A DNA stretch of 64,000 bases from the human T2T-CHM13v2.0 reference genome, Homo sapiens. Of the stretch, positions 41,297 through 57,351 are shown piece by piece (the first letter of the stretch is position 1; each line of letters begins with the position of its first letter). The stretch lies in NCBI RefSeq assembly GCF_009914755.1, contig NC_060930.1; one strand, given 5' to 3'. A program made the translations under genes and the position numbers. The notes below the pieces were generated by a model. That model was not told the origin of the DNA and ran no database searches. It was given only the letters and a program-made list of their open reading frames with translations.

Positions 41297-42619
41297 TTAA
41301 CCACTTGACAGTGTTTTACTCTCCCAGTTCTCCAAATGTTTATGTTTAACCTAGGGCACAATTCAAAGTGGGTGGTGTTGTGGAAGCTGAGTGTTTACAT
41401 GTGCTTTCTTATTTCTGGGTAATTATAAGGAGTCAATGTGCACATTTTCTTTAGAGCAGGACACATAACTGTGAAGACAGCTCTATCATCTTAAAAATAT
41501 TTGCATTTTAAATATTTTATTGGCCCAAATTTTGAGAAATGGAACACACAGATAAAAGAAAATGTATTGAATATTCTGACAGACAAAGAAGATTCAGGGA
41601 ATCTCAAATACTTTTAAGCCAGCTTGTGATCTCATTCCAGATTTCTAGGTAGCTGCACTTGAGTTTCCAAATTTCACCTGCTAAATGTACAATTTTGGGT
41701 AAATATAGGGAACACTGTCCAGTCTTCAAAAGCAGTAGAAGCAACTTCGTTGAGGAGTTAGCATAAAAAGAATCTGTTACAAAAAGTGGGTGTACAAATG
41801 CAAATTTTTGATGGAGAATAAAAATTCACCCAAGATCTGGTTTTTAGCTTGGCTTTCACACAGGGTACTAGGCATTCACAGACCAGCCTCATTTTTCATT
41901 CCTTTGACATAAACTAGCCCCACCAGTTTGGGTTTGTAGAGAGACTTCTATCTTCCTAATACTCATTTATTGACTTCCATCATCAGAGTTCTCACGGAAA
42001 AACCTTTCACCACCATAAATCAACTTGGATGTTATTGATACTTGGCCTGGAGTTACACAAACACAATGAGATCGTGGAAGAGAGGGTTAAATGGATTATT
42101 CTGGACATCTTTCATGAAAATTGAGGCTCCTCACATTTCTCTCCTGTGTTTTCTTTTTCTGAGTGGCTTCTTAATTTCAGTATCATTTTCTTTATCCTTT
42201 CTGGTTCCTTGTTAAAAAAAAGAAAGGAATGTGTTTCCTGGAAACTGTCTTTGTCAACTAACCTTTGCATTTTAAGTGATACTTCTGTTGTCTTGATTTC
42301 TAAAGATCACGAAGGTCTAGCTTTCCTAAAACTTGTTTGAGTTCATGAATTGTTATTTTGAACCTCACTGAAATGTTTAAAATTATTTCCATTGAGAAAA
42401 AAATTTCATTCTACCAATACAACTATTTTTATCTGTAATACTCAAGGAGTTTTGCTGAGTGAAGAATGAAGAGTAATTCCTAATATAAAATTAATAGGCA
42501 TGTAAGCTTTCATAATAGTACGAATATTCTCATTTTTCCTATGGGTAGGTCTTTGCTCATCAAGATCCCAATGGCTCTAGTAAGAGAAGAAATCCAGGCA
42601 CCTGAAGCAGTACAGATGG

Positions 42620-42770
42620 TAGCAAGGGTTGTGACTAGGAGCTTGGAGTCTAAGAGAGAGCAACTCTGGCTTGAATCTTTAGCTACAATAACTGTATAGA
42701 CATGAAATAAAGTTCTTAACCTCTCTGATTTTCAGTGTTTATAGGTGACTAAAGTAGGTATGGAAAAGTG
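42620..42770 (+). mobile_element. MIR
   Basis: ggcttgaatctttagctac...cttaacctctctgattttcagtgttt. Confidence 0.6.
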
Positions 42771-42917
42771 GGTTTCAGATAATGGTTCTGACGGACAGAA
42801 TAATCATTTTTCCAAAAATAATAGGAGCAGATATATAAGAGAATATTATTTGAATTTTTTGTTTAAATCTAGTAAGTGGGTTGGAAGGGAAAGAATTGAA
42901 GAGAGAGTGCTCTAGAC

Positions 42918-43136
42918 CAGGGGTGTCCAATCTTTTGGCTTCCTTGAGCCACATAGGAAGAGGAAGAATTGTTTTGGGCCACACATAAAACACACTAACA
43001 CTAACGATAGCTGAGGAGCTAAAAAAAATTGCAAAAAAACTCAGTGTTTTAAGAAAGTCTATGAATTTGTGTTGGGCCACATTCAAAGCCATCCTGGACC
43101 ACATGCTGCCCATGGGCCATGGGTTGAACAAGTTTG
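42918..43136 (+). mobile_element. MER30 (hAT-Charlie MITE)
   Basis: caggggtgtccaatcttttggcttcc...; perfect 8-bp TSD ctctagac at 42910 and 43137. Confidence 0.95.
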
Positions 43137-43687
43137 CTCTAGACAGAAGGCGTGGCATGAAGATAATCTCAGAGCCAGAAGATGGGGAGAACTAGAGAAG
43201 ATGAACTGGGCAGTAGGAGGAGATGAAGAAAGCAAAAGATGACTAAGACAGTCCTCTCTGCCCACAAATTCATAATATTAATAATGGATCTTTTTTACTA
43301 GAATTTGATATCACAGGTCACTTGATTTCTTAATTGGGGATTTCTTTTATGAGCCATATCCTCCACTTTGCTGTTCCCTCTCTATTTATTTGAAGAGACA
43401 AGTCCAACACATAAAAGAGAATAAAGGTCTACACCATTTAGCCTGATGTTAAGTGCAAAAGGATTGCAGAGTCAGAGATGAATATGGGATGGAGTATGGC
43501 TGCAGGCTCCAAGGATGAAATCAGGGTTTGAAGAAGTTTCCGAAATGCCAGCAGCAAGTGGAGGTCTTGTTGTTAGCTTTGACAGGTTGTAGACAGCTTT
43601 GTACTATACCTGTCCAATGCCAAGCGATATGTGCCTGATATGTAATAATTTCTGAATTTGTTAAGGGAATGAAAATAAGAATCTACC

Positions 43688-44098
43688 TGCTATGGGCTGA
43701 ACTGTGTCCTCTTCCTCCTCAAATTCATTTGTTGAAGGGTTAACTCCCAGCACCTCAGAATGCCACTACATTTGAGATAGGGTGTTTAAAGAAGTAATTA
43801 AGGTAAAATGGGGTTATCAGGGTGTGGTCTAACCCAGTGACTAGTGTCCTCATAATAAGAGGAGTTTATGACACAGACAGAAAGACACCAGACATGTGCA
43901 TGCACAGAGGGTTGCCCCTGTGAAGATAGAGGGAGTTGGTGGCCTTCTACAAGCTAAGGAAGGAGACTTCAGAAAAATAACCCTGCTGGCATCTTGATCC
44001 TGGGCTTCTATGCTCTAGAATTGTAAGAAAGTACACTCTGTTGTTGAAGACACCCAGTCTGTAATTATTTGTTACGGCAGCCCTAATAAACTCACACA
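43688..44098 (+). mobile_element. MLT1A0/MLT1B-like MaLR solo LTR
   Basis: tgctatgggctgaactgtgtcc...cccagcacctcagaatg...ttgttacggcagccctaataaactcacaca. Confidence 0.9.
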
Positions 44099-44190
44099 CG
44101 ATCCATTTTGTTTTACTTTCCCTTCAAATAACAATGATGTCTTAGTTATATGTGTTGTTTAGTCCCATGGTAGTAACTCATTTTTTACCA

Positions 44191-45418
44191 GTCCTAAATG
44201 ACTTATTTAGGGAGAGAGGAGAAAATAAATTTGGAGAAATGCAGAACATACATGAATGGGGAACAGAAACAAAAGTATACATGAAAAAGTCTACAGTTGC
44301 GATGGTGCAAGGCTACCCTGGTTAAGTTGAGGGAACCCTTCCCTTATTTCCCAATGACTCAGAGACTGGTCACTGCTTGACAAAGTTTCTCCCTAGAGAA
44401 GTCACTAGTATTAGAAGAGGACACAGAAACCAGGGCCACCCTCTTAAGTCATTGTTTCAGAGATAAGCCAGTGTGGGGGAAGATGTGATGAGGCATAGAA
44501 GCTGGAATTTGAGCCTTGGTTAGGTAACTGAGGAGACCATAGGAATTGCTTGGGTGGGGAAAAATTAATTACGTGATTTTGTCTCACACTTTGATACATG
44601 CAAAATAAGTTTAGAACAAACATCAAGGAAGAAAGAGGAGCTAATAATGATTGAGTCATACCTTTTAAGGAATATGTGTCAAAGATAGCCTTGAAAGAGA
44701 AAAGAAGTGGAGAAGATACTCCAGAAACTCAAAATGGAATGTCAGGTGTGGGCAAAAAGAGTTTGAGATAACAGGGAAAGGGTTTAGAGCAGAGCAGGAG
44801 GGAAGAACACAGTGGGACCGGTGCTATTCCAGGTGCTAATCAATGCCCTGGAACTGCTCTTACTGATCTAATGGGGATCCAGGCAGGAAAGACACAGTCC
44901 CTCTTCTCCAAAATCTCCCAGCCCAGTGATGAGCACTAAGTAAATTGTGACGACTCTACAGACTTGCAAGTGCTAAGGTGGGAACCCATGGTGTGCACTG
45001 GGAGCACAGAGGAGGGACCTCTTGCCTGGTGCTAAGGGAAGGGGGTCAGAGGAGACCTCCCCAGGAAAGGTGACAACTAAGCAGAGTCCTGATTGAGAGT
45101 GGGGGCTAGGCCAGCAAAGAGATGTGTGGAAATGCATTTCAGGCCTGCAGAAAGTTTGTGAGATGGGAGAGCATGACTCATTCGTCAAACCACAGGAAGG
45201 TATTATGGCTGGAGTAGAATTTTTCTGAAATGCGGTCTTTTCTCAGTGGTAGGGAAGAAGGGCAAAGGGAGAGATGTATAGTGTCTCTCTCAGAACTTAA
45301 AAATTCTTTTTTGTTAATGCAATTAATATGTGTGTACCATGAATCACCTGGATGATTTGCATATATTCAGGAGTGATTATAGTAAAGAAGAATTTAGGAC
45401 AACACCAAATCCAGCAAT
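44191..45418 (+). repeat. Local duplication, copy 1 (~1.23 kb; contains antisense L2 remnant and 3 AP-1 sites)
   Basis: Colinear direct repeat of 50411-51939. Confidence 0.97.
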
Positions 45419-45462
45419 ATATTGTTAAAATGTTGTTTTGAATTAATGCATAATTGTACATG

Positions 45463-46723
45463 CAGGTATACCTCATTTTATTGTGCTCTCCTTTATTGCC
45501 CTTCGCAGATATTGTATTTTTTATAAGTTGAAGGTTTGTAGCAACCTTGCATTGAGCAAGTCTATTGGCACCATTTTTCCAACAGAAGTGCTCACTTCTT
45601 ATCTCTGTGTCACATTTTGGTAATTCTTCCAGCATTTCAAACTTTATAATTATTATTATTCTGTTATGGTGACCTGTGATCAGTGATCTTTGATGTTACT
45701 ATTATAATTGCTATGGTTTAAAGGTCCCTGTAGCCCATGGATCAAGGAGTAATTTTGACTTTCAAGCCTTATAATTTAAGAAACTCAAGTTAGCACATGA
45801 ATTATAAGAAAGCAAAATGCCAGATTGTTGATATGGAGAAAGTTTTAGTAGTCTGGGTAGAAGAACAAACCAGGCACAGCATTTCCTTAAGCCAAAATCT
45901 AATCCAGAGCAAGGCCCTAACTATTCGATTCTATGAAGGCTGAGAGAGGTGAGGAAGCTGCAGAAGACAAGTTTGACACTAGCAGAGGTTGGTTCATGAG
46001 GTTTAAGGAAAGAAGCTATCTCCATAACATAAAAGTGCAAGGTGAAGCAGCAAGCGTTAATGTAGAAGCTACAGCAAATTATCCAGAGATCTACTTAAGA
46101 TCATTGGGGAAGGTGGTTGCACTAAACAACAGATCTTCACTGTAGATAAAACAGCCTTCTATTGGAAGAACATGCTATCTAGGACTTTCATACTAGAGAG
46201 AAGTCAATGCCTGGCTTCAAAGCTTCAAAGGACAGGTTGACACTCTTATCAGAGACAAATGCAGCTGGTAACTTTATGTTGAAGCCAATGCCTATTTACC
46301 ATTCCAAAAATCCTAGGGCCTTTAAGAATTATGCTAAAAGCTGCTCTTCTTGTGCCACATAAATGGAACAACAAAGCCTGGATGACAGTACATCTATTTA
46401 CAGCATTATTTACTGAATATTTTAAGCTCACCGTTTAGACCTATTTTTTTTAAATGGCTTTCAAAATACTACTACTCATTGACAATGTACCTGGTTACCC
46501 AAGAGTTCTGATGAGGATGTACAAAGAGATTAATGTTTTCCTACCTGCTAACACAACATCCATTCTGTAGCCCATGGATCAAGGAGTAATTTTGACTTTC
46601 AAGCCTTATAATTTAAGAAACTCATTTTATAATGCCATAGCTTCCATAGACAGCGATTCCTCTGATGGATCTGGGCAAAGTGAATGGAAAGCCTTCTGGA
46701 AAGGATTAACCATTCTAGATGCA
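45463..46723 (+). mobile_element. Tigger1, internally deleted and 3'-truncated
   Basis: 5' end caggtatacctcattttattgtgc; transposase remnant [28 protein letters not shown] (ORF 45933-46145). Confidence 0.95.
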
Positions 46724-46724
46724 G

Positions 46725-49700
46725 AATAATCCCATTTAACTACTTTTTCTTTTGTTGCCTATGCTTTTGAGGTCTGAAAAATCCTTGCCCAGACAAATAT
46801 CACAAAATGTTTTCCCTATGTTTTCTTCTAGTAGATTTATCTTTTTAGGTCTTACATTTAAGTATTTAATCCATTTTGAGTTAATATTTGTAATGATGAG
46901 AGATAGAGGTCTAGTTTTACTTTTCTGTATGTGGATATCCAGTTTTCCTGGCACCATTTGTTGAAGAGATTGTCCTTTCCTCAATATGTGTTCTTGGCAC
47001 CTTTGTCAAAAATTAGTTGGCTGTAAATGTGTGGATTTATTTCTGTATCCTCTATCCTGTTCCATTGGTCTATGTGTCTATTTTTATGCCAGTACCATGC
47101 TGTTTTGGTTACTATAGACTTGTAGTACATTTTGAAGTCAGGTAGTGTGATGCCTCCAGCTTTATTCTTTTTGCTCAAAATTGCTTTGGCTATTTGGAGC
47201 CTTTTCTGGTTTCATATGAATTTTAGGATCAACTTTTTCTATTCCTGTGAAATATAATTTTGTGAAAAATATCATTGGTATTTTGATAGGGATTGTATTG
47301 AATCTATAGATGACTTTGAGTAGTACGGACATTTTAACAATATTAATTCTTCCAATCCACGAACATGAGACCGCTTTCCATTTATTAGTGTCCTCTTCAA
47401 TTCCTATCATCAATATTTTACAGGTTTTATTGTAAAGAGTTTTCACTTCCCTGGTTAAATTTATTGCTGGGTATCTTAATTTTTGTAGCTAGCATAAATG
47501 AGATTGCTTCCTTTCTTTCTTTTTTAGGGAGTTCTTTATTGTTTTATAGAAATGCTACTGATTTTTGCATGTTGAATTTTGCATCCTGAAACTTAAATGA
47601 ATTAGTTTATCAGTTCTAAAAGTTTTTTGGATAGAGTCTTTAGGTTTTTCTATATGCAAGTTCATATCATTTGCAGACAGACACAGTTTGACTTCCTCTT
47701 TTTCAATTTGAATGACCTTTCTTTCTCTTGCCTAATTGTACTTGCCAGGACTTCCATTACTGTTTTTAATGAAAGTGCCGAAAGTGGGCATCTTTGTCGT
47801 TTTCCAGATCTTAGAGAAAGAGCTTTAAACTTTTCCTCCTTTAGCATGATTTAACTGTGGGTTTGTCATATATGGCCTTTATTGTGTTGAGGTCTGTTAT
47901 TTCTATTTGTTGAGAGTTTTTATTATGATGAGATGTTGAATTTCATCAAATGCTTTTTCTGCATCAATTGAAATGATTATATGGTTTTTGTCCTTGATTC
48001 TATAATGTTTATTGATTTAGGTATGCTGAACCATCCTTGAGTCCATGAAATAAATCTCACATAATCATGATAAGTGATCTTTTTAATGTGCTGTTGAATT
48101 TAGCTTGCTAGTATTTTGTTAACTTTTTTTTGCATCCATGTTCATCAGGGAGATTGGCCTGTAGTTTCTTTTTTTGGTTATGTTCTTCTCTGGTGTTAGT
48201 ATCTGGGTAATGCTGGCTTTATAAAATTAATTTGGAAGAATTACCTCCTTTTCAATTTTTTGGAGTAATTTGAAAAGAATTGATGTTCATTTAAAAAAAA
48301 TGTTTGGTATAATACAGCAGTGAAGCCACTTGGTCCGGGGCTTTTCTTTGATGGGAGATGTTTTATTATTGATTTAATCTTGTTATTTATTATTGTTCTG
48401 CTCTGTTTTCTGTTTCTTCATAATTCAATTTTGGTAGCATATGTACCTAGAAACTTATCCATTTCTTCTAGATTTAGCTTTTCATAAAAGTCACTTATGA
48501 TCCTTTGTATTTCTAGGATCAGTTCTAATGTCTCTTTTTTCACTGCTGACTTTATGTATTTGGCTTTTATCTTTATTTCATAGTTAGTCTGGCTAAAGAT
48601 TGGTTGATTTTGTTTATCTTTTCAGAAGAACAATTATTGGTTATGTTGATCTTTTTAATTTTTTTCTCTATTTTGTTTATTGTTGCTCTGATCCTTATTA
48701 TTTATTCCCTTCTACCAATTTTGGCTTTGGTTTGTTCTTGTTTTTCTAGTTTCTTGAGGTACAATGTTAGGTTTTTATCTGAGATTTTTCTATTTTGTTC
48801 ATATAGATGTTAATTGCTATATACTTCCCTCTTAGAATTGTTTTTGCTGTATCCCATAGGTTTTGGTATATTGTATTTCCATTTTCATTTGTATTAAATT
48901 ATTTTTAAATTTCCTTTTTAATTTCTTTATTGACCCATTGGTCTTTCTGGAGCATGTTTAATTTCTATATATTTGTATGTTTTCCAAAATTTCTCCTGTT
49001 ACTGATTTCTAATTTTATTCCACTGTGGTCTGAAAAGTTACTTGACATAATTTTGATTTAAAAATTTTTTTTGACACTTGGCTTGTGGCCTAACATATGA
49101 TCTATCCTGAGAAGGTTTCATGTGCTGTTGCGAAGAATGTGTATTCTGTAGCGGTTGGGTGGAATGTTCCGTAATGACTGTTAGGTACATTTGGTTTAGA
49201 GTGCAGTTTAAATATGATGTTTCTTTGTTGATTTTCTGTCTGGATGATCTGTCCATTGCTGAAAGCAGGGTGTTGAAGTCCTCTACTATCATTGTATTGA
49301 GGTCTCTCCCTCCCTTTAGATCTAATAATATTTGCTTTACGCATTTGGGTGCTCAACTGCTAGTTTCACATATATTTACAATTGTCATATGTACTACTCC
49401 TGCTCTCTTTTGGTTTCTCTTTGCATGGAATATGAGCTTCCATCCTTTCACTTTCAGTTTATGTATGTTCTTACAGGTTAAGTAAGTCTCTCACAGGCAA
49501 CACATACTTGTTTTTTTTTTAAACTCTATTTAGCCACTTTATATACTTTAATTATGAAATTTAATCCATTTACATTCAAGATTATTATTGATATGTAAAG
49601 ACTTACTCCTGCTATTTTATTAATTGTTTTCTGGTTGTTTTGTTTATCTTCTGTCTCTTTCTTCCTCTCTTATGGCTACATTTATGTTTGGGTGATTTTC

Positions 49701-50372
49701 TGTAGTAATAAACTTTGATTTCTTTCTCTTTCTCATTTGTGTATCTGCAGTAATATTTTTCTTTGCAGTTATTCTGGGGCTTACATAAAATATTGTATAG
49801 TTATAATAGACTATTTTTAGCTGATAATAATAAACTTTGGTTGCATACAAATATTCTAGACTTTTACTATCCCTTCTAAAATTTTTAATTTTGCTGCTTA
49901 ATTTACATCTTTTTATATTGTGTGTTCCCTAACAACTTATTGTAGCTAGACTTATCATCGACCATGTTGACTTTTTAACTTCACAGTAGAGATATGAAAG
50001 ATTATGTACCAACATTATGGTAATGAAGTATTTTGAATGTGATAATAAATTTACCTCTACCAGTGAGATTAGACTTTCATATGTTTTATGATAGTAATTA
50101 TTGTCCTTTTGCTTCCAATTGGAATACTTCCTTAAACATTTTTTGTAAGGCTGGTCTAGCGGTGATGAATTCCCTCAGCTTTTGCTTGTCTGAGAAAAAA
50201 TGTATTTCTCCTTCATTTCTGAAGATAGCTTTCCTGAGCATAATATTATACATGACATTGTAATGACACTTTGAATGTATTATCTCATTTTCTTCTGGCT
50301 TGTAAGGTTTCTTTTGAGAAATCTGCTAATAGTCTAATAGAAATTCTTGTGTATGTGACTTGATATTTTTCT
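46725..50372 (-). mobile_element. L1 (L1MA/L1M-type) ORF1 end to ORF2, lacking its 3' end
   Basis: Minus-strand ORF fragments [50 protein letters not shown]. Confidence 0.95.
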
Positions 50373-50410
50373 CAAAAAGCCCCCAAATCCAAAAACTTTT
50401 TTTTAAGAAT

Positions 50411-51939
<1,529 letters not shown>

Positions 51940-52899
51940 TTTTTTTTCCTTTTAAAAGGATATATTTAAACACTGATGAGAGATGCACTAGAATTGTAGG
52001 CAGGACTTTTTTTTTTTTTTTTTTTTTTTCAGTTATGGTTTACCTGCAAAGTTCCTAGTCCTAACAGTAGTTCAGGAATCCACAGATGTCTGAAGTGTGA
52101 GCTAGCACCCCAATTCATCTGACCATAGGAAAGGCTTTAGTGGACTCATACAATTCAAGTGAGACTCTGGCACTGTCTTTGAGTTTCAGTAAGTGCCTTT
52201 CCTTTCAGAGATACTGGAGAATTAGAACTGTGTAGAAAGTCTTCCAGCGTACAATATAGAAGCACAAATAGAGCCATTGACCTTAATGGGACATTTGAGG
52301 AGGTCATACAATAAAACAGCAGTCTCTGTTAAGAAATAACACTAATGGGCCTGGGGGTGCTAAATAGAGGGTGGATTATTTTCTTACCCATATATTGTAC
52401 TTGGCTTCCACGTCATCTGGAAGAAATTTCATCTGTTATCTTCACTTGGTCTTCATTCTTATTTTAAAAAACCTTCTCTTCAGAGCAGAGCAGGTATCTG
52501 GTGAATTATCACTGTGACTAAACAAATTGTCCTTTGCCCAGTGATTTTTAAATATGTACACTACCCACCATGGAATTTACTAGGCCAGCTAAAACTTGAG
52601 TAGGAGATATAACTAATTCTAATGGATTTTATTTTGATGTAGATAAGTACTACAATTTAGAAAAGCATAAGGCAATTAGCAACTTAAGACCTTGCTAATA
52701 AAATGCTATTTCACTTTCTGGCAGAGAGTGCAATAGACAGAGATCAATTCTAAGAGTAAATTGGTTGAATATTAGTGCAGAGCCCTGTGATGCCATCAAA
52801 ACATATTAGGCATATTTACTATATCATGGAAAGTCCTCAGTAATAGCACATACCTCCCTGATGGAAAAAGTGGCCATTTATTTTTAAAACTTTTATTTA

Positions 52900-53250
52900 T
52901 CTCAGCTCAAATTTTTAGATATGTTTCTCCCCCAATTAGAATATGAGAATAGGGACTGTATTGTTTACAACTAACTGTATTGCCAGCATCTAGAACACTA
53001 CCTGGTCTGTAATAGGCTCTCCATAAATATTTTCAGAATAAATTAGAATCATCTACACACCTACTTTGACATACACTGTCTGGTGCTTTCAGATCTGTCT
53101 CACTCAATTTTTGTCAGAGCTAGTCAGACGTCCCATTGGTCCAATGTGGAAGCTGAGATCAGAGCTAACTGTCCGAGGACAAATAGCTAGCAAGTGTCAG
53201 ATGTGGGATTCAGCCCAAGCCTTCTAACTTCACTCTCAAGAATGTTTTCT
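52900..53250. mobile_element. L2 3' end (+) followed by MIR (-)
   Basis: ccagcatctagaacactacctgg...ataaatatt; gaagctgagatcagag...gggattcagcccaagccttctaactt. Confidence 0.6.
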
Positions 53251-53332
53251 TGTCTACCTTGGATTTAAGGAACAATTCTGGTTCTTTGCTGAGAGGACTG
53301 GGTACTGGCTGCTAGAAAGCTTTTTGAATTAT

Positions 53333-53432
53333 TTCTTCCTTCTCCTTCCTTCCTTCCTTCCTTCCTTCCTTCCTTCCTTGCTCCTTCCTTCCCTCCCTCC
53401 CTCCCTCCCTCCCTTCCTTCCTTCCTTCTTTT
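53333..53432. repeat. (TTCC)n/(CCCT)n microsatellite
   Basis: Direct reading. Confidence 0.95.
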
Positions 53433-54208
53433 CCCCCAAAGACCCCTGATATGAACTAGATAGGTTACTAGTGGATTTCCTTCCAGATTTCAATGTTTAC
53501 TGATATACCAAGACATTATGCAACCTCAAAACACTTCTAACCCAAGAGCACTTCTAATGGTACCCACGGGGGTCCCTCAGGACTCTGGCTCATAAATGGG
53601 CTGTCAGGCCTCAGAGCCCTCAGTTGGCCGCTTGGGGCTCTTCCCTCATAGACATGCTTCCTTGTGTCACATGGACAGACAGAAAGTACTGTCTTGATGA
53701 GTCATTTTTGGCTCTGAAGCTACTTGTCACTCAGGAGGCAGGAGAGGGATGTGATAGAATCTTTGCCTGAATTCTTGAAGGGAGAGGCTTGGCCTGGTTA
53801 CACATATTTCTTTTGTTACAAAATCCTCATTAAAATAGACACCTTTTACTTGACCCAGCAGATCTGTAGTTGTTTATTTTCTCTCTATTGTAACCAAAAT
53901 TTAATTTTTCCCCAACCTTTGGACTTGACCATGAAGATGATAACCATTTTTAGATATTTATATAATATTTGTAATAGATTTCATGTAATGTTTATATTAT
54001 ATATATTTTATAAATGTAACGTTTCTCACTTTCTTCTTAACAAGATCTGGGGCAAACAATTTCAGGTTAAAGAAATGGTATTTTTAAAAGTTGTAGGGGA
54101 CATTTTATGGGTAGAGGCCTTGCACCCGTGTCTCCCTTCTTAATTAGCTGGCTAGATTGCAGACTCACTCTTTGAGCGAGAGGACTTGGTTTGTGTGTTT
54201 GGGGGCAC

Positions 54209-54236
54209 CGTGTGTGTGTGTGTGTGTGTGTGTGTG
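54209..54236. repeat. (TG)n microsatellite
   Basis: About 13 TG units. Confidence 0.95.
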
Positions 54237-54287
54237 GATGCATGCATGCCCATTTGTATTTGTACATAAGTTAAAAAATAAGAATCG

Positions 54288-54643
<356 letters not shown>

Positions 54644-54769
54644 TCAGGGAAATTTCTAGGAAGGGGACTTCCATCCAGATGGCATTTTCCAGTAGCAGAA
54701 AGAGAAAGGAACGATGTGACTGTTAGTGCAAGCACTGTGCTGGGAACTCCACGTATGCTATGAATTCAA

Positions 54770-56180
54770 TCTGTACTTAAAAATAAGTTTTACTGAGTAC
54801 CTTCTAAAAGTAAGTTACTGTGCAAAAGCTGGGAAAACAAAGATGAAAAAAGTACATTCCTTTACGCCAAGGAATTTACAATCTGAAAGGTGAGGCAGGT
54901 GAACAACTGGTGATTTTAATTGGGTGTAATAAGTGTTATGCAAGACGTTTGTACCGAGTTATGGTGCAGGAGGACTTAGGAGAGGCACCCTTATTTTGTC
55001 TTAGCCAGACAAGGCTTCATAAATATGTATGTTGGAGGGGTTTAGGGAAGACTTCCCCAGGGAGGAGACATTCACCTTGAGTCTTCAAACGCCAGTCCAG
55101 AAGCATAGGGACAGCTTCACTACAGGCAGAGGGAAAAACATGCCAAGCTCCCAGAGGCAGAGCTGGACAAGTTCAAGGCTCCTGCTCAAACACCAATGCC
55201 TGGGAGGCAGGGCCATTTTGAAGAGTTCAGATTCATTTTGATGGCTGTGGTTAATGGGTCAAGGATTTAAAGTGGGGGAGAAATAGAATTAGTTTTGCAT
55301 TGATAAATATAAATCTGTTAACATTTTGAATATAGACATATGATTATTTTTGTTTGCTTTTTTTGGACATTTGCTTCTTCAGAATGATAAGAAAGGAGGA
55401 ACAGGGACTTTGCTGTAAACAGACATTCACAGGATCACCTGATTATTATGCTGGTTGTTGGTCTAATTCTCTTCCCATGAAGCATTTTTTTGGAAAATCT
55501 AGTGTGTTATGAAATTAACTGACTTAAGTTAACTGTCTTGCAATATGATGAATGGATTAAGGAGAAAATGACACTAGAGGCTGGAAACCAAGCATGAGGT
55601 TGTTTGAGCAATCCAATGAGTGGAAATGCTACTAGGAGATAGAATTGATAAGATTGGGAAGGAAGGGTTGAAGAGACACAAGCGTCAAGGATGTCTTGAG
55701 AATTTCTGGCTTGGGCAACTAGGAGGACAGTGATAAAACAATAGTGAACATTTATTGAGCACCAACTACGCACCAGGTACTGTTCTATGTCGCCTCACAT
55801 ATCTGAGCTCATTTCATACTTAACAATAATGCGTGATGTAAGTACTACTCTTTTCACATTTTGCACATGAGGAAATGGAAACAGAAAGGATAAGTAGCTT
55901 GCCCAAGGTTACACAATTAGTAAGAAATAGATTTGGGAGTCGTCAGTTCATAAAGGTCTTGCAGACGAAAACAATGGATAGAATTACTCAGGAGGTATCT
56001 GTTGGATGAGGAAAGGGCCAAGGGCGAATCTCTGGGAAATTCCAGTGTTTCAGGAATCGGCAGAGGAAGAGTCGTATATTACAATATGTCAGGAGTCAGC
56101 CTGTGAAAGAGGACTGAGTTGGACCAGTACAAGAGGTTGGAGACCCTGGAAGACAATGGCGTGATAGACATCAAGGGCCT
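54770..56180 (-). mobile_element. L2 antisense fragments with nested MIR (55735-55940)
   Basis: agggaagacttccccagggaggagacattcaccttgagtctt; tttctggcttgggcaactagg; MIR aacatttattgagcacc...cttgcccaaggttacaca. Confidence 0.7.
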
Positions 56181-57014
56181 CCAGGGCGGGACTACCGCCT
56201 GCTTATTCTGGATAAGGAAATGGAACCTGGGGAATGGTAGACCTGAGATTTGCTGGAAGCCCTGAGATTTGCTGGAAGCCTTGTGTTCTTCCCATGGCTC
56301 CAGAACCCCTTTGGGATTAAGGCATCATTTGTAGGACAAGCCTGTGGTTTTTATTTTTGGACTCGATAATCTGGATTGATGAAGAATGCAGGAGTGGGAC
56401 TTGGTTATGAATTAAAGATCATATTATCTCCTTCTTAAAATGCTGGTTGTAAATTTAATTTCTTCTCTAAGAAATCGTTTACTGGAACATTTATTGAGTA
56501 AGAAAATTACTTGCTTTGAATTATAGCTCTTCTTTTCTCTTTAGTAAGAATTAGCTAAAAAGTATCTAGGAAGAGAAGCAGAAAACCCCAATTATCCCCC
56601 AAAAATTCATTCTCATAGTGAACCTTCAGAAAGTCTATTGGAAACCCTTATTATTTACAATAACTGTTAAGATAAGCTTATTGAATATTCTTCCCAGATT
56701 AAAATTCACCAAACCTCATCAGTTCTCAGAGATCTCTGCCTTCCTCAAGCCACTAGATAGCCAGTAATTTCCTTTCCTTTTATTGAACTGTATCAGCTTC
56801 AGAAGACGCGATATAATCCTATTGGTTTCTGTCCTCACAATAACACTGCTGGGACCCATCCTGAGGGTCCTTGAGGGTCTTTAACCTCTAATGTCTGGCC
56901 ACTCTTTCTTCTTAGTCTGAGCCATATATATCATTCTCATATATGCCACACATACCATACATGTCGCATTCATTCAAATCCTACATTTAAAAATCTCTTG
57001 CAAAAGCCAGCTTG

Positions 57015-57351
<337 letters not shown>

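Noticed and set aside
45933-46145. Tigger1 transposase ORF as a domesticated TIGD-like gene
   Set aside because: Short, frameshifted, internally deleted and truncated.
46736-49356. L1 ORF2 fragments as a functional element
   Set aside because: Multiple stops, frameshifts and deletions; no 5' UTR or 3' end.
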